Source: Nitrosotalea sp. (GTDB lineage Archaea > Thermoproteota > Nitrososphaeria > Nitrososphaerales > Nitrosopumilaceae). From it: DNA of 64,000 bases. The notes under the pieces are model-generated. The model saw nothing but the letters and a program-made list of their open reading frames with translations, made no database searches and was not told the DNA's origin. The position numbers and the translations under genes are program-made. Below are positions 10,606 through 22,766 of this stretch, piece after piece. Location: positions 3,295 through 67,294 of the forward strand of contig JAJSDS010000001.1 of assembly GCA_028580875.1 (NCBI GenBank). Direction: 5' to 3'. The first letter of the stretch is position 1; every line of letters starts with the position of its first letter.

Positions 10606-10935
10606 TTGAAAAAAAAAGTTCCACTATCACAACTCAAAAAGTATGATGTAAACCAGAAAATTCTCGAAGCGCTAGCTGATGCACAGTCAAGATCAATTTT
10701 GTTTTCAATCATCAAAGAGGGTATGACAGCACTGGAATTATCAGAAAAATACAGAATCCCACTCAGCTCAGTTTACAAAAAGATTTCAGACCTAGAAGAG
10801 CTAGCCCTTGTAAAAATTGACAAGTGGGTCTTGTCAGATAACGGAAAAAAATTCAAGGTCTACAAGAGCAGGATAAGCAGAGCAGAAATAAGCATAAAAA
10901 AACCAGAGCCTGTCATCACGCTTAGCCCCAATTAA
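10606..10935 (+). CDS. Winged-HTH (ArsR-like) transcriptional regulator
   Basis: LADAQSRSIL..MTALELSEKYRIPLSSVYKKISDL HTH; divergent from the ZIP transporter. Confidence 0.8.
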   Translation: MKKKVPLSQLKKYDVNQKILEALADAQSRSILFSIIKEGMTALELSEKYRIPLSSVYKKISDLEELALVKIDKWVLSDNGKKFKVYKSRISRAEISIKKPEPVITLSPN

Positions 10936-10983
10936 CACATCATGTCAAATAGTTAATATTCAAAGAAAATCCATTGAAAAAAA

Positions 10984-11631
10984 GTGAAAAGATACTATTT
11001 TGCAGTCATTCCAATAGCAATTACCATTATTGCAGTATACTATATGGCAACGCCACATGAGACAAAGTCTACAGAATTAACTCCACAAATGATAATGCAA
11101 AACGGATCACCGATACTTGGAGATCCTAATGCAAAGGTAACCATAGTGGAATTTGGAGATTATCAATGCACATACTGTCACCTGTTTCATGAAAACACAA
11201 AAGATGCATTATTGCAACAGTATGTCAACACAGGTAAAGCCAATTTTGTATTTCGAGACTTTCCATTAAACGGACCTGATTCAGTCTTGGCAGCAGAAGC
11301 AGCATACTGTGCAGGAGACCAGGACAAGTATTGGCAATATCATGATGAACTGTACAAAAACTGGGCTGGAGAAAAAACAGGATGGGTAAACCAGAAATCA
11401 CTAGACAAGTTTGCCACAACGGTTGGCCTGGACTTGAATACGTTTGATAAATGCGTGTCAGATAACAAATATGAACAAAAGGTTTTAGACAATCAGAAGT
11501 TCGGTGAGAACATAGGAATTGATGGAACTCCATCGTTTGTCATATTCAGCGGTAAAGATATTACAAAAATAGTTGGGGCACAACCAATAACACAATTTCA
11601 ACAAGTCATAGACAAATTTTCAAGTAGCTAG
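10984..11631 (+). CDS. DsbA-family thioredoxin-fold oxidoreductase
   Basis: VEFGDYQCTYC, RDFPL, GIDGTPSF; N-terminal anchor. Confidence 0.9.
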   Translation: MKRYYFAVIPIAITIIAVYYMATPHETKSTELTPQMIMQNGSPILGDPNAKVTIVEFGDYQCTYCHLFHENTKDALLQQYVNTGKANFVFRDFPLNGPDSVLAAEAAYCAGDQDKYWQYHDELYKNWAGEKTGWVNQKSLDKFATTVGLDLNTFDKCVSDNKYEQKVLDNQKFGENIGIDGTPSFVIFSGKDITKIVGAQPITQFQQVIDKFSSS

Positions 11632-11641
11632 GTAATAGTCC

Positions 11642-12916
11642 ATGGTCAAGCCCAAGATAGAAAAACAAGATTCTGTAAAATTATACAAGCTACGAAAGAT
11701 GTTAGAAGAGTTATCAGACCATGCAGGACGTGGAACTGAATTAATTTCACTTTATGTTCCGCCAAAAAAAGCATTGCATGAAGTCATAAACAATCTTCGC
11801 GAAGAGCAGGGAACTGCAGACAACATCAAGTCAGACCTTACAAGAACTCACGTAGTAGATGCACTATCAAGAGTAATCCAGAGGCTAAAACTGTACAAGT
11901 CGTCACCTGACAAGGGACTTGTCATGTTTTGTGGTGCGCTGCCACCAGCAGGCGGCGGTCCAATTGGCAGCGAGGTTGTCAAGCTGTTTGAGATAGAGCC
12001 TCCAAAGGAACTGCAGACATTTCTTTACAGATGTGATGATCATTTCCATGTAGATATTCTCAAAGACATGCTAAAAGATGACAACATGATTGGGTTTTTG
12101 GCAATCGACGCAAAAGATGCAGGCTGGGGATTGTTGCGTGGTGACAAGCTAGACGTATTATCAGAGACATCGTCTGGTGTTGCAGGAAAACACAGACAAG
12201 GAGGACAGTCAGCAAGAAGATTTGAAAGACTAAGAGAGATGGAGCTTAACGAATACTATAACAGAGTTGCACACACTACAAGGGAATACTTTATTGACAT
12301 TTACCCCGTAAAAGGTCTCATAGTATCAGGCCCTGGACCTACAAAAGAAAATTTCTTGAAAGAAAACTACCTAGAATATAGACTCCAGAATAACATACTT
12401 GCAACACTTGACTGCTCATATGCAGGCGCCGAGGGAGTACGTGAAGCATTTGCCAAAGCACAAGAGGTTCTCACAGATTACAGAATGGTCGAAGAAAAGA
12501 AACTTGTGGACAAGCTATTCAATGACATACACTTCTCAAGAGGCCTTGCAACTTATGGCCTCAATGAAATAATTGATCTTCTCAAAAGAAATGTTGTGTC
12601 AACCATACTGATTACTGACGACACCAACTTGAGAAAAATAGACATCACGTGCAGAAGATGCCAGCATGTGCAAACCGAGATTTTGGACCGTACCAAGGTA
12701 ATTCCAAGAACACAAGAACTTCTCAGTCAACCATGCCCAAGTTGCAAGAGTATGGACTTGGAATCAACTGAACGAGACATTGTAGATTACTTGGACTTGA
12801 TTGCAGGCCAGACAGGTGCAAAGGTGGAGGTCATCACAGGTGCAACAGAATACGGGGCAATGCTCTCAAGCATAGGCAAAGTTGGTGCATTTTTGAGATA
12901 CAACCCCAACCAATAA
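11642..12916 (+). CDS. prf1: Peptide chain release factor aRF1
   Basis: NIKS and GGQ motifs, YRCD; Zn-ribbon insert CRRC..CPSC. Confidence 0.95.
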   Translation: MVKPKIEKQDSVKLYKLRKMLEELSDHAGRGTELISLYVPPKKALHEVINNLREEQGTADNIKSDLTRTHVVDALSRVIQRLKLYKSSPDKGLVMFCGALPPAGGGPIGSEVVKLFEIEPPKELQTFLYRCDDHFHVDILKDMLKDDNMIGFLAIDAKDAGWGLLRGDKLDVLSETSSGVAGKHRQGGQSARRFERLREMELNEYYNRVAHTTREYFIDIYPVKGLIVSGPGPTKENFLKENYLEYRLQNNILATLDCSYAGAEGVREAFAKAQEVLTDYRMVEEKKLVDKLFNDIHFSRGLATYGLNEIIDLLKRNVVSTILITDDTNLRKIDITCRRCQHVQTEILDRTKVIPRTQELLSQPCPSCKSMDLESTERDIVDYLDLIAGQTGAKVEVITGATEYGAMLSSIGKVGAFLRYNPNQ

Positions 12917-12963
12917 TTGCCATAAACATTAGGTCTAAATAATTTAAAATTTCATCTAAATTT

Positions 12964-13284
12964 ATGGAACATGTAAAACCAGAAGAGTTTGATTCAAAGG
13001 TACTAAATTCTGACAAGAAGACAGTAGTTTTGTTTTATGCAACATGGTGTCCATATTGTTCCAATTTCAAACCAACATTTGAATCTGCAAAGATTGAGAC
13101 TGCAAACAAGATGGGCTCAATCATTGACGAGGATGAAAATCCACTCTGGGACAGGTTTAACATACAAGCAGTGCCCACCATGATCGTATTTGAAAACGGA
13201 AAAATAGTTTCAAGAAGAGATGCCAAAAAACATGTCGGTCTGACAAAATCAGATATGGATTCAGTCGTAAAAGAACTAGCTTGA
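12964..13284 (+). CDS. Thioredoxin
   Basis: FYATWCPYC, VPT cis-Pro. Confidence 0.88.
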   Translation: MEHVKPEEFDSKVLNSDKKTVVLFYATWCPYCSNFKPTFESAKIETANKMGSIIDEDENPLWDRFNIQAVPTMIVFENGKIVSRRDAKKHVGLTKSDMDSVVKELA

Positions 13285-13689
13285 CTTTATTGCGTTTTGA
13301 ATCTTTTTTGCCAACTCTTTTAGGTCATCATCTATTGCAATCATCCTTCTAGTCCACAGGTTGCCAACTTTTTGATATCTAGGAATAATATGAACATGCA
13401 CGTGTGGGATTATCTGGTTTGCTGATCTTCCATTGTTCTGGCCAAGGTTGAATCCATCAGCACCTGTTGCTGCAATGATGCCACGTGCCACACTAGGCAC
13501 TCGCGAAAACAGTGCGGCAACCTCATCATTTGTCATATCAATGATTTTTTCATGATGCGTTTTTGGAATTACTAGCGAGTGGCCTTTCTGTATTGGATAC
13601 TTGTCCATAATGGCAATATGCGAATCATCTTCAAAAATAACATGTGCGTCTTGTGTTTTGTTAATGATGTTGCAAAAAAGACAGTCCAT
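13276..13689 (-). CDS. HIT family hydrolase
   Basis: CLFC N-terminus, HVHVH histidine triad. Confidence 0.93.
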   Translation of the reverse strand: MDCLFCNIINKTQDAHVIFEDDSHIAIMDKYPIQKGHSLVIPKTHHEKIIDMTNDEVAALFSRVPSVARGIIAATGADGFNLGQNNGRSANQIIPHVHVHIIPRYQKVGNLWTRRMIAIDDDLKELAKKIQNAIKSS

Positions 13690-13799
13690 GTCTTTTGCAG
13701 TATTATATTTTATTTATACTCACCTTCAATTGTATGCAAAATACGTCAATTTATTTCAGATACTGTTATTTAGGGTAAAATTTTGACTTGTATCGTCAA

Positions 13800-14402
13800 A
13801 TGGGAAAAAAAGATAGAGAAGAGCGAGTGCAGGAACGAGAGACTTTTTACCAAAAACGACAGAGAACCCAATTTAAAAACAAGGCAATAGCCATAGGCAT
13901 CCTCGCAGGAATTGTGGCAGTGCTTGGCATTTCAAGTTACAACTTTTATGAATTATCATCACAAGTAACACCAAAAGGTGAACCGCCTGGTTCAGGTCCT
14001 CTTGGAGGAATTCACATCCATGCAGGAATACTAACAATGATTTATGGACAACAGTTTGATTATTCATCTACAGCATACCAGATCAAGAGTCCATACATTG
14101 GATTCCAGAAAGGCAATGGTGAAACAATACACGCAATGGCAAAAAATGTCACCATGGGATTCCTCTTCAACTCACTGCGTATTGGATTAGATGACAAGTG
14201 CTTCACATTCCCAGACAGCAGAGCATTTTGCACAAATGCCAATTATACACTAAAGTTCTACATTAATCACCACCAAGTCCCAGACTTGAAGAACTATGTG
14301 TTCAAGGATCAAGACAGAATCTTGATTTCATACGGCAATGAAAACGAGACTCAGATAAACGCACAACTGGCAAGACTAGACGGATTCCAGTTAATTACCT
14401 AA
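13800..14402 (+). CDS. Conserved hypothetical membrane-anchored protein (HIH motif)
   Basis: Basic N-terminus, one TM, HIHA and ETIH motifs; ATG 13800 (TTG 13788 alternative). Confidence 0.75.
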   Translation: MGKKDREERVQERETFYQKRQRTQFKNKAIAIGILAGIVAVLGISSYNFYELSSQVTPKGEPPGSGPLGGIHIHAGILTMIYGQQFDYSSTAYQIKSPYIGFQKGNGETIHAMAKNVTMGFLFNSLRIGLDDKCFTFPDSRAFCTNANYTLKFYINHHQVPDLKNYVFKDQDRILISYGNENETQINAQLARLDGFQLIT

Positions 14403-15592
14403 GATTCAAGTTCGTCTCGTAACGCCTTGAATTCATCTAGAGTAAGTTCACCCTTTGCCAACCTGTTTTTTAGAATCATCATTGCATGATCATCCTCTTT
14501 TGGTTCAGGTTGAGCCTCTACCGGTGCTACTGGAATTTCTTTCTTGTTCCCAGCGTTTGCAAATAGTTTTTGTTTCTTTTTCATATACAAAATTCCAACA
14601 ACTATTGCAACACCTGCAAGAGTAATCAACGGGTAGACCAAACCACTTGTATCAAAGTTTCCAACACCCACAGGCATTATACCATTACCGGAATCAGATT
14701 TTTGTGCTCCAAGGTTTGAGGCCATGTCGTCAAGCACAACGTTCTCACTTAGCTTGATTGATTGTTGAGTTCCAGGAGTTGTACTTGGAGATGACGATGG
14801 CTGTTGACCATGAAGTAGTTGCTGTATTCTTTGCGCGTCTGCCAATCTTTGTTTGATCAAATCATCCAAAGAAGGTGCGGATGACTGATCTGTTGTGGTG
14901 CTGGGAGGCGGAGTCTGGGAAGGAGGCGATAAGGTTACAGAAGTTGCAACATTAGAAGGGTCACTTGTTCCAGCTTGATTTACTGCAGACACCCTGTAAG
15001 AATATAGTTTGTTTGGAGTAAGACCAGTGTCTTGATATGTTGTCGACTGGGTGTTTTGTATTTGGTTAAAACCGCTTCCATCGTCTCGTTCAATTTTGTA
15101 TCCATAAAGATTTGCGCCACCAGTGTTTGTTGGAGCAGTCCAGCTAAGATCAATTTCAGTGGCAGATATGGTAGAGCTAGTCAGCGAAGTCGGAGGAAAT
15201 GGTGTCACCGGAGAGCCATCTGGGGAATAAATGAAATTGACGGTTTTTCCATTTTCCTTGTTTGCAATAAAGGCAGTTGCATTATACACTCCTTTGAGTA
15301 GGAATTTTTGCTGATTGTCAGAAGTAGAAGTGTCAATTACAATCTGGAACTGGTGGTTGTTGTCTGCAACACCAGATGAGAGTACAATGAATTTGTTAGT
15401 AGGATCAAAGAGCAACATTGTGACATTTGGTGGGTCTGTATCAAGAATAGTTCCTGAGAAATAGATCTTGCTTCCTCCTTTGTAAAACGAGGTATTGGTC
15501 TTAAGCGAAGTTACTTCGGCATAAGCAGGAACCACTGCAGATGCAACAATTATTGTAATCAACACTACAAAATACATCCCGTACCTATTCAT
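14399..15592 (-). CDS. Secreted fibronectin type III protein with C-terminal TM and SHOCT domain
   Basis: Signal peptide; LSWTAP..YKIER..YSYRVSAVN FN3; LKNRLAKGELTLDEF SHOCT. Confidence 0.85.
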   Translation of the reverse strand: MNRYGMYFVVLITIIVASAVVPAYAEVTSLKTNTSFYKGGSKIYFSGTILDTDPPNVTMLLFDPTNKFIVLSSGVADNNHQFQIVIDTSTSDNQQKFLLKGVYNATAFIANKENGKTVNFIYSPDGSPVTPFPPTSLTSSTISATEIDLSWTAPTNTGGANLYGYKIERDDGSGFNQIQNTQSTTYQDTGLTPNKLYSYRVSAVNQAGTSDPSNVATSVTLSPPSQTPPPSTTTDQSSAPSLDDLIKQRLADAQRIQQLLHGQQPSSSPSTTPGTQQSIKLSENVVLDDMASNLGAQKSDSGNGIMPVGVGNFDTSGLVYPLITLAGVAIVVGILYMKKKQKLFANAGNKKEIPVAPVEAQPEPKEDDHAMMILKNRLAKGELTLDEFKALRDELES

Positions 15593-15801
15593 ATGAGAAA
15601 ACTAGTACTCTAACTATTAAAAACTCGGTAGAATTCATACTTCTCGACTCTTGTGTTCAATTTATTCATAAATGTAAAACGTGTTTTTAGATAACTGATC
15701 GTTTCAGATGGCAGATTTTACAAAATTATAAACCTGTACACTGGTATCATGCATGAAATTATCTAGTATGTATAAAATAGGGCATAGAATATGGGACAAT
15801 A

Positions 15802-17478
15802 ATGGAGATATCCAGTAGAAATGTAGTAGATGGACCATCAAGGGCACCCCACAGAGCCATGTACAAAGCAATGGGTTTGGACGATAATGATTTAGGTAAA
15901 CCATTCATCGGCGTATCACACAGCGGAAATGAGGCAACCCCCTGCAATATACATCTTGGAAGACTTGCAACACATGCAAAAGCAGGAGTAGAGATTGCCG
16001 GAGGAACACCAAGAGAATTTACCACCATTGCAGTAAGTGACGGAATTGCAATGGGACATGAAGGTATGAAGTCATCACTTGTTAGCAGAGAAATTATTGC
16101 AGATTCTATTGAACTAATGGTAAGAGCACATCAGTATGACGGACTGGTTGGAATTGCAGGATGTGACAAGAGCTTACCAGGTACAATGATGGGAATGGCT
16201 CGTCTTAACTTGCCATCCGTGTTTGTGTATGGTGGTACAATCATGCCAGGAGTTTACGAGGGCAAACAAGTTACAGTACAAGACGTCTATGAAGCAGTCG
16301 GAGCATATGATGCAGGCAACTTGACACTAGAGGCTCTAAAGAATTTAGAAAACGTAGCATGTCCAAACTCTGGTTCTTGTGGAGGAATGTACACTGCAAA
16401 TACAATGGCATCAATTAGTGAAGCAATAGGAATCGCACTTCCAGGAAATGCATCTCCACCAGCAGAGGATCCAAGAAGAGAAAAAATGGTGTATGAAAGC
16501 GGAAAGGCAGTGATGAACTTGCTTGAAACAGGAGTACGACCAAAAGACATTTTGACATATGAGGCATTTGAAAATGCCATCGTAGTAGCCAATGCAATAG
16601 GAGGCTCTACAAATGCAGTATTACACTTGCTTGCACTATCTCGTGAGATAGGAGTAAAATTAACAATAGACGATTTTGAAAAAATCAGAAGAAAGACACC
16701 ACACATTGCAGACATGAGACCTGGTGGAACCTATGTCATGCTGGACCTAGATAAGATAGGGGGAATCCCATTGCTCATGAAAAGTTTGCAAAAGAAAAAC
16801 CTCATCCATGAAAATGCCATGACTGTAACAGGAAAAACAGTCAAGCAGAATCTTGATTCAATGCAGATACCATTTGATGCACACCAAAAAGTGTTAAAAT
16901 CAATCGAATCTCCGATTCATGAAGTTGGCACTTTGACAATACTGCGAGGATCACTTGCTCCAGATGGTGCAGTGGTAAAAGTTGCAGGAGTCCACACAAA
17001 AGAATTCAGAGGAAAGGCCAAAGTATATGACAGAGAAGAAGACGCATTTGATGCAATTTCAAAAAGACAGATAAAAGAAAACGATGTTGTGATAATAAGA
17101 TACGAGGGTCCAAAGGGTGGGCCTGGCATGCGAGAAATGCTTGGAGTTACAGCAGCACTTGTTGGTCAAAACTTGGGTGAAAAAGTTGCATTGATAACAG
17201 ATGGAAGATTTTCTGGCGCAACAAGAGGATTCATGATAGGCCATGTAGCCCCAGAGGCAGCAGTAGGAGGAAATATTGCTCTAGTGCACGAAGGAGACGA
17301 GATTGTCATCAACCTTGAAAAAAATTCTATTGACATCATGGTTCCAGAAAACGAACTTGCACAAAGACGAAAGGACTGGAAACCAAGAAAACCAAATTAT
17401 GAAACAGGGGCTCTTGCAAAATTTGCATCACTTGTATCATCTGCAGCCGAAGGCGCAATAACAAGACCAATCTGGTAA
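15802..17478 (+). CDS. ilvD: Dihydroxy-acid dehydratase
   Basis: [31 protein letters not shown]. Confidence 0.96.
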   Translation: MEISSRNVVDGPSRAPHRAMYKAMGLDDNDLGKPFIGVSHSGNEATPCNIHLGRLATHAKAGVEIAGGTPREFTTIAVSDGIAMGHEGMKSSLVSREIIADSIELMVRAHQYDGLVGIAGCDKSLPGTMMGMARLNLPSVFVYGGTIMPGVYEGKQVTVQDVYEAVGAYDAGNLTLEALKNLENVACPNSGSCGGMYTANTMASISEAIGIALPGNASPPAEDPRREKMVYESGKAVMNLLETGVRPKDILTYEAFENAIVVANAIGGSTNAVLHLLALSREIGVKLTIDDFEKIRRKTPHIADMRPGGTYVMLDLDKIGGIPLLMKSLQKKNLIHENAMTVTGKTVKQNLDSMQIPFDAHQKVLKSIESPIHEVGTLTILRGSLAPDGAVVKVAGVHTKEFRGKAKVYDREEDAFDAISKRQIKENDVVIIRYEGPKGGPGMREMLGVTAALVGQNLGEKVALITDGRFSGATRGFMIGHVAPEAAVGGNIALVHEGDEIVINLEKNSIDIMVPENELAQRRKDWKPRKPNYETGALAKFASLVSSAAEGAITRPIW

Positions 17479-17488
17479 AATTACAAAC

Positions 17489-17704
17489 CTATTCTTGTGG
17501 AATATGATATTGGCAGAATAGTCTCATGTTTAGGCCAACTCGTTTTGCAGTAATAGAGAGTCCATCTTCCAAGCCCTTCTGACATACTACACATGCCGCC
17601 TCAGATACGGTTGTTTTGACTATAGGCTTTTTTCGTGCATAGTATAGATCCTGGAACAGTAATGATTTACTCCTGTCAAAATTAGGAATGAGGATCTGAG
17701 ACAT
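17489..17704 (-). CDS. Small hypothetical Zn-binding protein
   Basis: CVVC ... FCQYH, 71 aa. Confidence 0.6.
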   Translation of the reverse strand: MSQILIPNFDRSKSLLFQDLYYARKKPIVKTTVSEAACVVCQKGLEDGLSITAKRVGLNMRLFCQYHIPQE

Positions 17705-17814
17705 GGTGTACTATACACAAAGATCGCATATAAAGGTACCGTACTATACAGTAATGAACAGTATCAAGAAATGGCTTAATTTTAAATAGAGAGGTAGGAT
17801 GTGTTCTTCCATGG

Positions 17815-19170
17815 GTGGCCACATTTGGGCATTCAAGCCTTAAGATAATACCCCTAGACTATACTGGCTCCCAATTTGATCTGTACAACAAGATATCTCG
17901 AGAGTTTGAACATTCTTTCTTCTTTGAGTCACTTACAGGTCCAGAAGAATTGGCAGAGACGTCGCTAATTGGTTTTGACCCATCAATAATCATCAAAGGA
18001 TATTTTGACAAAGTAGTCCTCCACTACAAGAGCGGTGGGTCGATGACAATTCAGACAAACGACCCATTATCAGAAATCAAGAAACTGGTCTACCAAGTAC
18101 CTGACCAAAAATACAGGTATGTCGGAGGGGCAGTGGGAGTTATCAATTATGACGCAATCAGATTGTGGGAAAACATTCCAGATGCCCACAAGAACTCTGA
18201 TGAGCCATTGATGGAATTTGGAATATACACCGATGGAATTCTCTATGACAACAAGAAAAAAAGATCATTTTATTTTTATTATGATAAAAATAGAATCGAC
18301 AAGATATCATATACCAATATAGAGTGTGGCAAGTTTTCTGTTTCAGAAATTTCTGAAAACTTGAACCAAGATAAATTTACAGAGATGATAACGCGTGCAA
18401 AAAAATACATTCACGACGGAGACATTTTCCAAGTTGTACTATCAAGAAAATTCAATTTTGATGCAGACGGTGACTATCTTAAGGTGTACAAAGTTTTGCG
18501 ACAGATAAATCCGTCACCATATCTTTATCACATGAAATTGGGAAAGCGAACAATAATTGGCTCAAGCCCAGAGATGTTATTGAGGATAACTGGAAATGAG
18601 GTAGAAACATTTCCAATTGCAGGCACAAGGCCAATCACAACAGATGAGAGGAAAAATGAGGAGCTAAAAGAAGAGATGTTGCATGATGAAAAAGAACTTG
18701 CAGAACACACAATGCTTGTAGACCTTGGTAGAAACGATATTGGTAGAGTCTGCAAATATGGAACAGTACACGTCAAAGAACTAATGGCAGTAAAAAAATT
18801 CAGTCATGTTCAACATATTGTAACTCATGTGGTTGGAACTTTGGATAAAAAATATGACATGTATGATGCAATAAAGGCAGTCTTTCCAGCAGGAACGGTA
18901 TCGGGTGCCCCAAAAATTAGAGCAATGGAGATAATTGATGAACTTGAGCCTGATGCAAGAGGACCTTATGCAGGGGCAATAGGATATTTTTCATTTAACG
19001 GCTGTTGCGATTTTGCAATTGGAATAAGAAGTATATTCATGAACGGATCAAAAGGTTTCATCCAGGCAGGTGCAGGCATTGTTACAGATTCAGTGGCACA
19101 AAGCGAATGGATGGAAACAGAGCACAAGGCAAATGCAATGATAACTGCGCTAAAGGAGGCAACAAGATGA
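17815..19170 (+). CDS. trpE: Anthranilate synthase component I
   Basis: [38 protein letters not shown]; GTG start. Confidence 0.93.
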   Translation: MATFGHSSLKIIPLDYTGSQFDLYNKISREFEHSFFFESLTGPEELAETSLIGFDPSIIIKGYFDKVVLHYKSGGSMTIQTNDPLSEIKKLVYQVPDQKYRYVGGAVGVINYDAIRLWENIPDAHKNSDEPLMEFGIYTDGILYDNKKKRSFYFYYDKNRIDKISYTNIECGKFSVSEISENLNQDKFTEMITRAKKYIHDGDIFQVVLSRKFNFDADGDYLKVYKVLRQINPSPYLYHMKLGKRTIIGSSPEMLLRITGNEVETFPIAGTRPITTDERKNEELKEEMLHDEKELAEHTMLVDLGRNDIGRVCKYGTVHVKELMAVKKFSHVQHIVTHVVGTLDKKYDMYDAIKAVFPAGTVSGAPKIRAMEIIDELEPDARGPYAGAIGYFSFNGCCDFAIGIRSIFMNGSKGFIQAGAGIVTDSVAQSEWMETEHKANAMITALKEATR

Positions 19171-19754
19171 AATTTCTGATAATTGACAATTATGACTCAT
19201 TTGTCTACAACATTGCCCAGCTGCTCGGAGAACTAGATGTAGAGTCAGACGTGATTAGAAATGACAAGGTGACTATCGATGACATCAAAAAAGGAAACTA
19301 TGATGCAATAATAATTTCTCCAGGACCTGGTACGCCAGAGGATGAAAAATATTTTGGCATATGCACCAAGGTCATAAAGGAACTAGGGCCCACAAAACCA
19401 ATACTTGGAGTATGCTTGGGCCACCAGGGAATAATCCATGCATTTGGAGGCAAAGTAGTCAATGCCGGAAACGTAAGACATGGCAAGACAAGCCAGGTCG
19501 AATACACAAAATCCCCACTATTTGAGGGCGTTCAGAATCCATTTCGGGCCACAAGATATCATTCCCTAGTTGGAGACAAGACCATAATCCCAGACGACCT
19601 ACAGGTAACAGCAGTTGCCCAAGATGACAAAGAAATAATGGCAATACGCCACAAAAAATACCTAATAGAGGGTGTCCAGTTCCACCCAGAGTCAATAATG
19701 ACAACAGAGGGCAAAAAGATCTTGAGCAATTTCATCAAGCAGGTGAAAAAATGA
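19167..19754 (+). CDS. trpG: Anthranilate synthase component II (glutamine amidotransferase)
   Basis: IDNYDSF, SPGPG, GVCLGHQ, QFHPES; ATG 19167 overlaps the trpE stop. Confidence 0.93.
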   Translation: MKFLIIDNYDSFVYNIAQLLGELDVESDVIRNDKVTIDDIKKGNYDAIIISPGPGTPEDEKYFGICTKVIKELGPTKPILGVCLGHQGIIHAFGGKVVNAGNVRHGKTSQVEYTKSPLFEGVQNPFRATRYHSLVGDKTIIPDDLQVTAVAQDDKEIMAIRHKKYLIEGVQFHPESIMTTEGKKILSNFIKQVKK

Positions 19755-20797
19755 TTTCAGATTACATTGCAAAAATTTCTTCAAAAGGCAATCTTAGTTA
19801 TGACGACATGTCCAAGGTCATGGATGACATCTTGACAGGAAAAATTCCTGTTGACGAGACTACAAGTTTTCTTGGAGTACTCACCGAAAAAGGAGAAACG
19901 GATCAGGAACTCCTTGCAATGCTGGATAAGATGCAGCAAAATGCAGTCCACATACACCCAAGGATTAATCAAAATATAATTGACGTTTGCGGAACCGGCG
20001 GAGACAAGATGAACACGTTCAACATTTCCACCACGGCATCATTTGTAATTGCAGCATCCGGAGTGGTTGTAGCAAAACACGGAAACAAATCAGTTTCAAG
20101 TACAAGCGGAAGCTCGGACATTTTTGAATATTTCGGATATGACCTAAACATGGAACCGCATCAAGTACAAGAAATAATTGAAAAGTTTGGAATAGGCTTC
20201 ATGTTTGCACCCAAGTTTCACCCTGCCATGAAAAATGTTGCAGATGCAAGAAAACGACTTGGCAAAAGGACTGCGTTTAATCTCTTGGGCCCATTGTGTA
20301 ACCCAGCACAAGTAAAGCGCCAGCTTGTTGGAGTATATTCCAAAGAATATCTTGGTAGAATAATATCACTTTTAGAGTTGAGAGGATCTGAAAGCATAAT
20401 GACTGTAATTTCAGAAGACGGCCTTGATGAATTGTCCACTACGTCCAAGAATTACATTTACCACCTAAACAAAGGCGAAGTGACAAGCTCTGTACTAGAC
20501 CCAGTAGAACTCGGCCTAGGCAAAGCCAAAATTTCAGATCTGCAAATTTCCACAAAAGATGAGGCAATAAACGCATTCATAGGCGTCTTGAGAGGGACTG
20601 CCAAAAAACCAATGCTTGAGATTACAGCACTAAATGCAGCAGCAGGATTGATAGTAGGTGGTTTTTCAGAAAAATTTGATGAAGCATTGGAAATTTCACT
20701 CCAGTCAATAAAAGGCGGAAAGGCATATGATCTTTTTACAAGTTTCATAAAATATTGCGGAGACATGTCAAAAGTGGAGGCGTTAGAGAAGAAATGA
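19751..20797 (+). CDS. trpD: Anthranilate phosphoribosyltransferase
   Basis: DVCGTGGD, NISTT, KHGN, FHPAMK, DGLDE. Confidence 0.95.
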   Translation: MISDYIAKISSKGNLSYDDMSKVMDDILTGKIPVDETTSFLGVLTEKGETDQELLAMLDKMQQNAVHIHPRINQNIIDVCGTGGDKMNTFNISTTASFVIAASGVVVAKHGNKSVSSTSGSSDIFEYFGYDLNMEPHQVQEIIEKFGIGFMFAPKFHPAMKNVADARKRLGKRTAFNLLGPLCNPAQVKRQLVGVYSKEYLGRIISLLELRGSESIMTVISEDGLDELSTTSKNYIYHLNKGEVTSSVLDPVELGLGKAKISDLQISTKDEAINAFIGVLRGTAKKPMLEITALNAAAGLIVGGFSEKFDEALEISLQSIKGGKAYDLFTSFIKYCGDMSKVEALEKK

Positions 20798-21567
20798 AAA
20801 ACATGCTTGAAAAACTTGCCAAAAATTCACAGCAGGCAATAATAGATGGTACATATGAAATCAATTACAAGAACAGAAAATCAGAAAAAAATCTAGTCGA
20901 ACAGATAAGAAACAACAAGCATGCATCACTGATAACAGAAGTCAAGTTTTCATCTCCTTCACTTGGAAACATACGACAGGTCTCAGATCCTGTAGCAATT
21001 GCAAAACAAATGGTAGACGGAGGTGCAGTAGGCCTGTCAGTTCTTACCCAGCCTTACTTGTTCAACGGCTCACCAGATTATTTTACAAAGATTAGAAAAG
21101 AGATCAAGGTACCATTGCTCATGAAAGACATTGTAGTTGACAAGGTACAAATCGATGCAGCAGAGAAATTGGGTGCAGATGTCATTCTTTTGATCCAGGC
21201 AATATTTGATATGAAGTTTGCAAATGACATTGATGAATTTGTGTCATATGCCCACAAGAAAAATTTGCTAGTATTGTTAGAATCCCATACAAAAAAAGAA
21301 TTTTCAGATTCTACAAAGACGCGTGCAGACATTCTTGGAATAAACAACCGTAATCTTGACACTCTAGAAATCTCCCTTGACACTACAAAGACAATCTTGG
21401 AGAAAAGGGACGAAAAACGAATCATAATTTCAGAGAGCGGTATCGAGTCTCCAAAAGACATCCAGTTTTTGAACAAATGTGGCGCAGACGCTTTCTTGGT
21501 TGGCAGCAGCATAATGAAGAGTAAAGATATCAAGGGACTAGTATCAGAATTGGTGTTAGCAATATGA
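20794..21567 (+). CDS. trpC: Indole-3-glycerol phosphate synthase
   Basis: [29 protein letters not shown]; ATG 20794. Confidence 0.93.
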   Translation: MKNMLEKLAKNSQQAIIDGTYEINYKNRKSEKNLVEQIRNNKHASLITEVKFSSPSLGNIRQVSDPVAIAKQMVDGGAVGLSVLTQPYLFNGSPDYFTKIRKEIKVPLLMKDIVVDKVQIDAAEKLGADVILLIQAIFDMKFANDIDEFVSYAHKKNLLVLLESHTKKEFSDSTKTRADILGINNRNLDTLEISLDTTKTILEKRDEKRIIISESGIESPKDIQFLNKCGADAFLVGSSIMKSKDIKGLVSELVLAI

Positions 21568-22766
21568 AACTCAAATACCCAAAGAACGGTAGGTTTGGAG
21601 AGTTTGGTGGGAGATACATCCCAGAGACCCTGGTTCCAGCAGTGGAGGAGCTAGAGCAGGCATACCTAAAATACAAAGATGATGCAGAATTTAAGAAAGA
21701 ATTGCACTATTACCTCACGCAGTATGCTGGAAGGCCTACTCCGTTATACCTGGCAAAGAACTTGACAAAATTTGCAGGTGGCGCCAAGATCTATCTAAAA
21801 AGAGAGGACTTGCTTCATGGTGGAGCTCACAAGATCAACAACACCTTGGGTCAGGGGCTGCTTGCAAAAAGGATGAAGAAAAAGAGAATAATTGCAGAGA
21901 CAGGAGCAGGTCAACATGGCGTTGCAACTGCCATGGCATGTGCAGCACTTGGACTTGATGGTGAAGTGTACATGGGTTACAAAGATACCCAAAGGCAACA
22001 GCTAAATGTATTTAGAATGAATTTGCTTGGTACCAAGGTTCATCCAGTAAAAGAAGGAACCCAGACTTTGAAGGACGCAATCAATGAAGCAATACGCGAT
22101 TGGATTACAAATGTAAAATCAACATACTATCTTTTAGGATCAGCAGTGGGGCCACACCCATACCCTGTAATGGTAAGAGATTTCCAGTCCGTAATAGGAG
22201 AAGAGATTCTTGTGCAGATGAAAAAAATAGAAAAAAAGTCTCCAGACTCTGTCATTGCATGTGTTGGAGGTGGCTCTAATGCAATTGGAACATTCTACCC
22301 ACTGATTGATGAAGATACCAAAATGTTTGGAGTAGAAGCTGGAGGAGAAGGAGTCAAGAGCGGTCACCATTCTGCAACACTTGTTGGAGGATCAAAGGGA
22401 GTTCTTCACGGCATGATGACATATTTACTGCAAGACAAGGAGGGACAGATTAGCGAAACACATAGTGTGTCAGCAGGGTTAGACTATCCAGGAGTAGGGC
22501 CAGAGCACTCGTATCTAAAAGATGCCAAGAGAGTAAAGTATGATGCAGTAAACGACAAGGAAGCAGTAGAGGCATTTCTCTTGCTTTCAAAACAAGAGGG
22601 AATCATACCTGCACTTGAATCAGCTCATGCAGTTGCATATGCAGTAAAGATAGCAAGGAACATGCCAAAAAGTGAGAGTATTGTAGTTACACTATCTGGC
22701 AGAGGAGACAAGGATGTTGAAGAAGTTGGGAGATATTTGAGTAAAAATGTCAAGAATAAAAAATAA
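21564..22766 (+). CDS. trpB: Tryptophan synthase beta chain (TrpB1)
   Basis: [42 protein letters not shown]. Confidence 0.96.
   Translation: MKLKYPKNGRFGEFGGRYIPETLVPAVEELEQAYLKYKDDAEFKKELHYYLTQYAGRPTPLYLAKNLTKFAGGAKIYLKREDLLHGGAHKINNTLGQGLLAKRMKKKRIIAETGAGQHGVATAMACAALGLDGEVYMGYKDTQRQQLNVFRMNLLGTKVHPVKEGTQTLKDAINEAIRDWITNVKSTYYLLGSAVGPHPYPVMVRDFQSVIGEEILVQMKKIEKKSPDSVIACVGGGSNAIGTFYPLIDEDTKMFGVEAGGEGVKSGHHSATLVGGSKGVLHGMMTYLLQDKEGQISETHSVSAGLDYPGVGPEHSYLKDAKRVKYDAVNDKEAVEAFLLLSKQEGIIPALESAHAVAYAVKIARNMPKSESIVVTLSGRGDKDVEEVGRYLSKNVKNKK

Noticed and set aside
15704-15801. Leader peptide upstream of ilvD
   Set aside because: No ILV-rich short ORF or hairpin seen
17754-17843. Short Trp-containing ORFs upstream of or overlapping trpE (MNSIKKWLNFK; [14 protein letters not shown]) as a trp leader
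   Set aside because: A single Trp each, the first overlaps the likely TATA box, and there is no terminator hairpin
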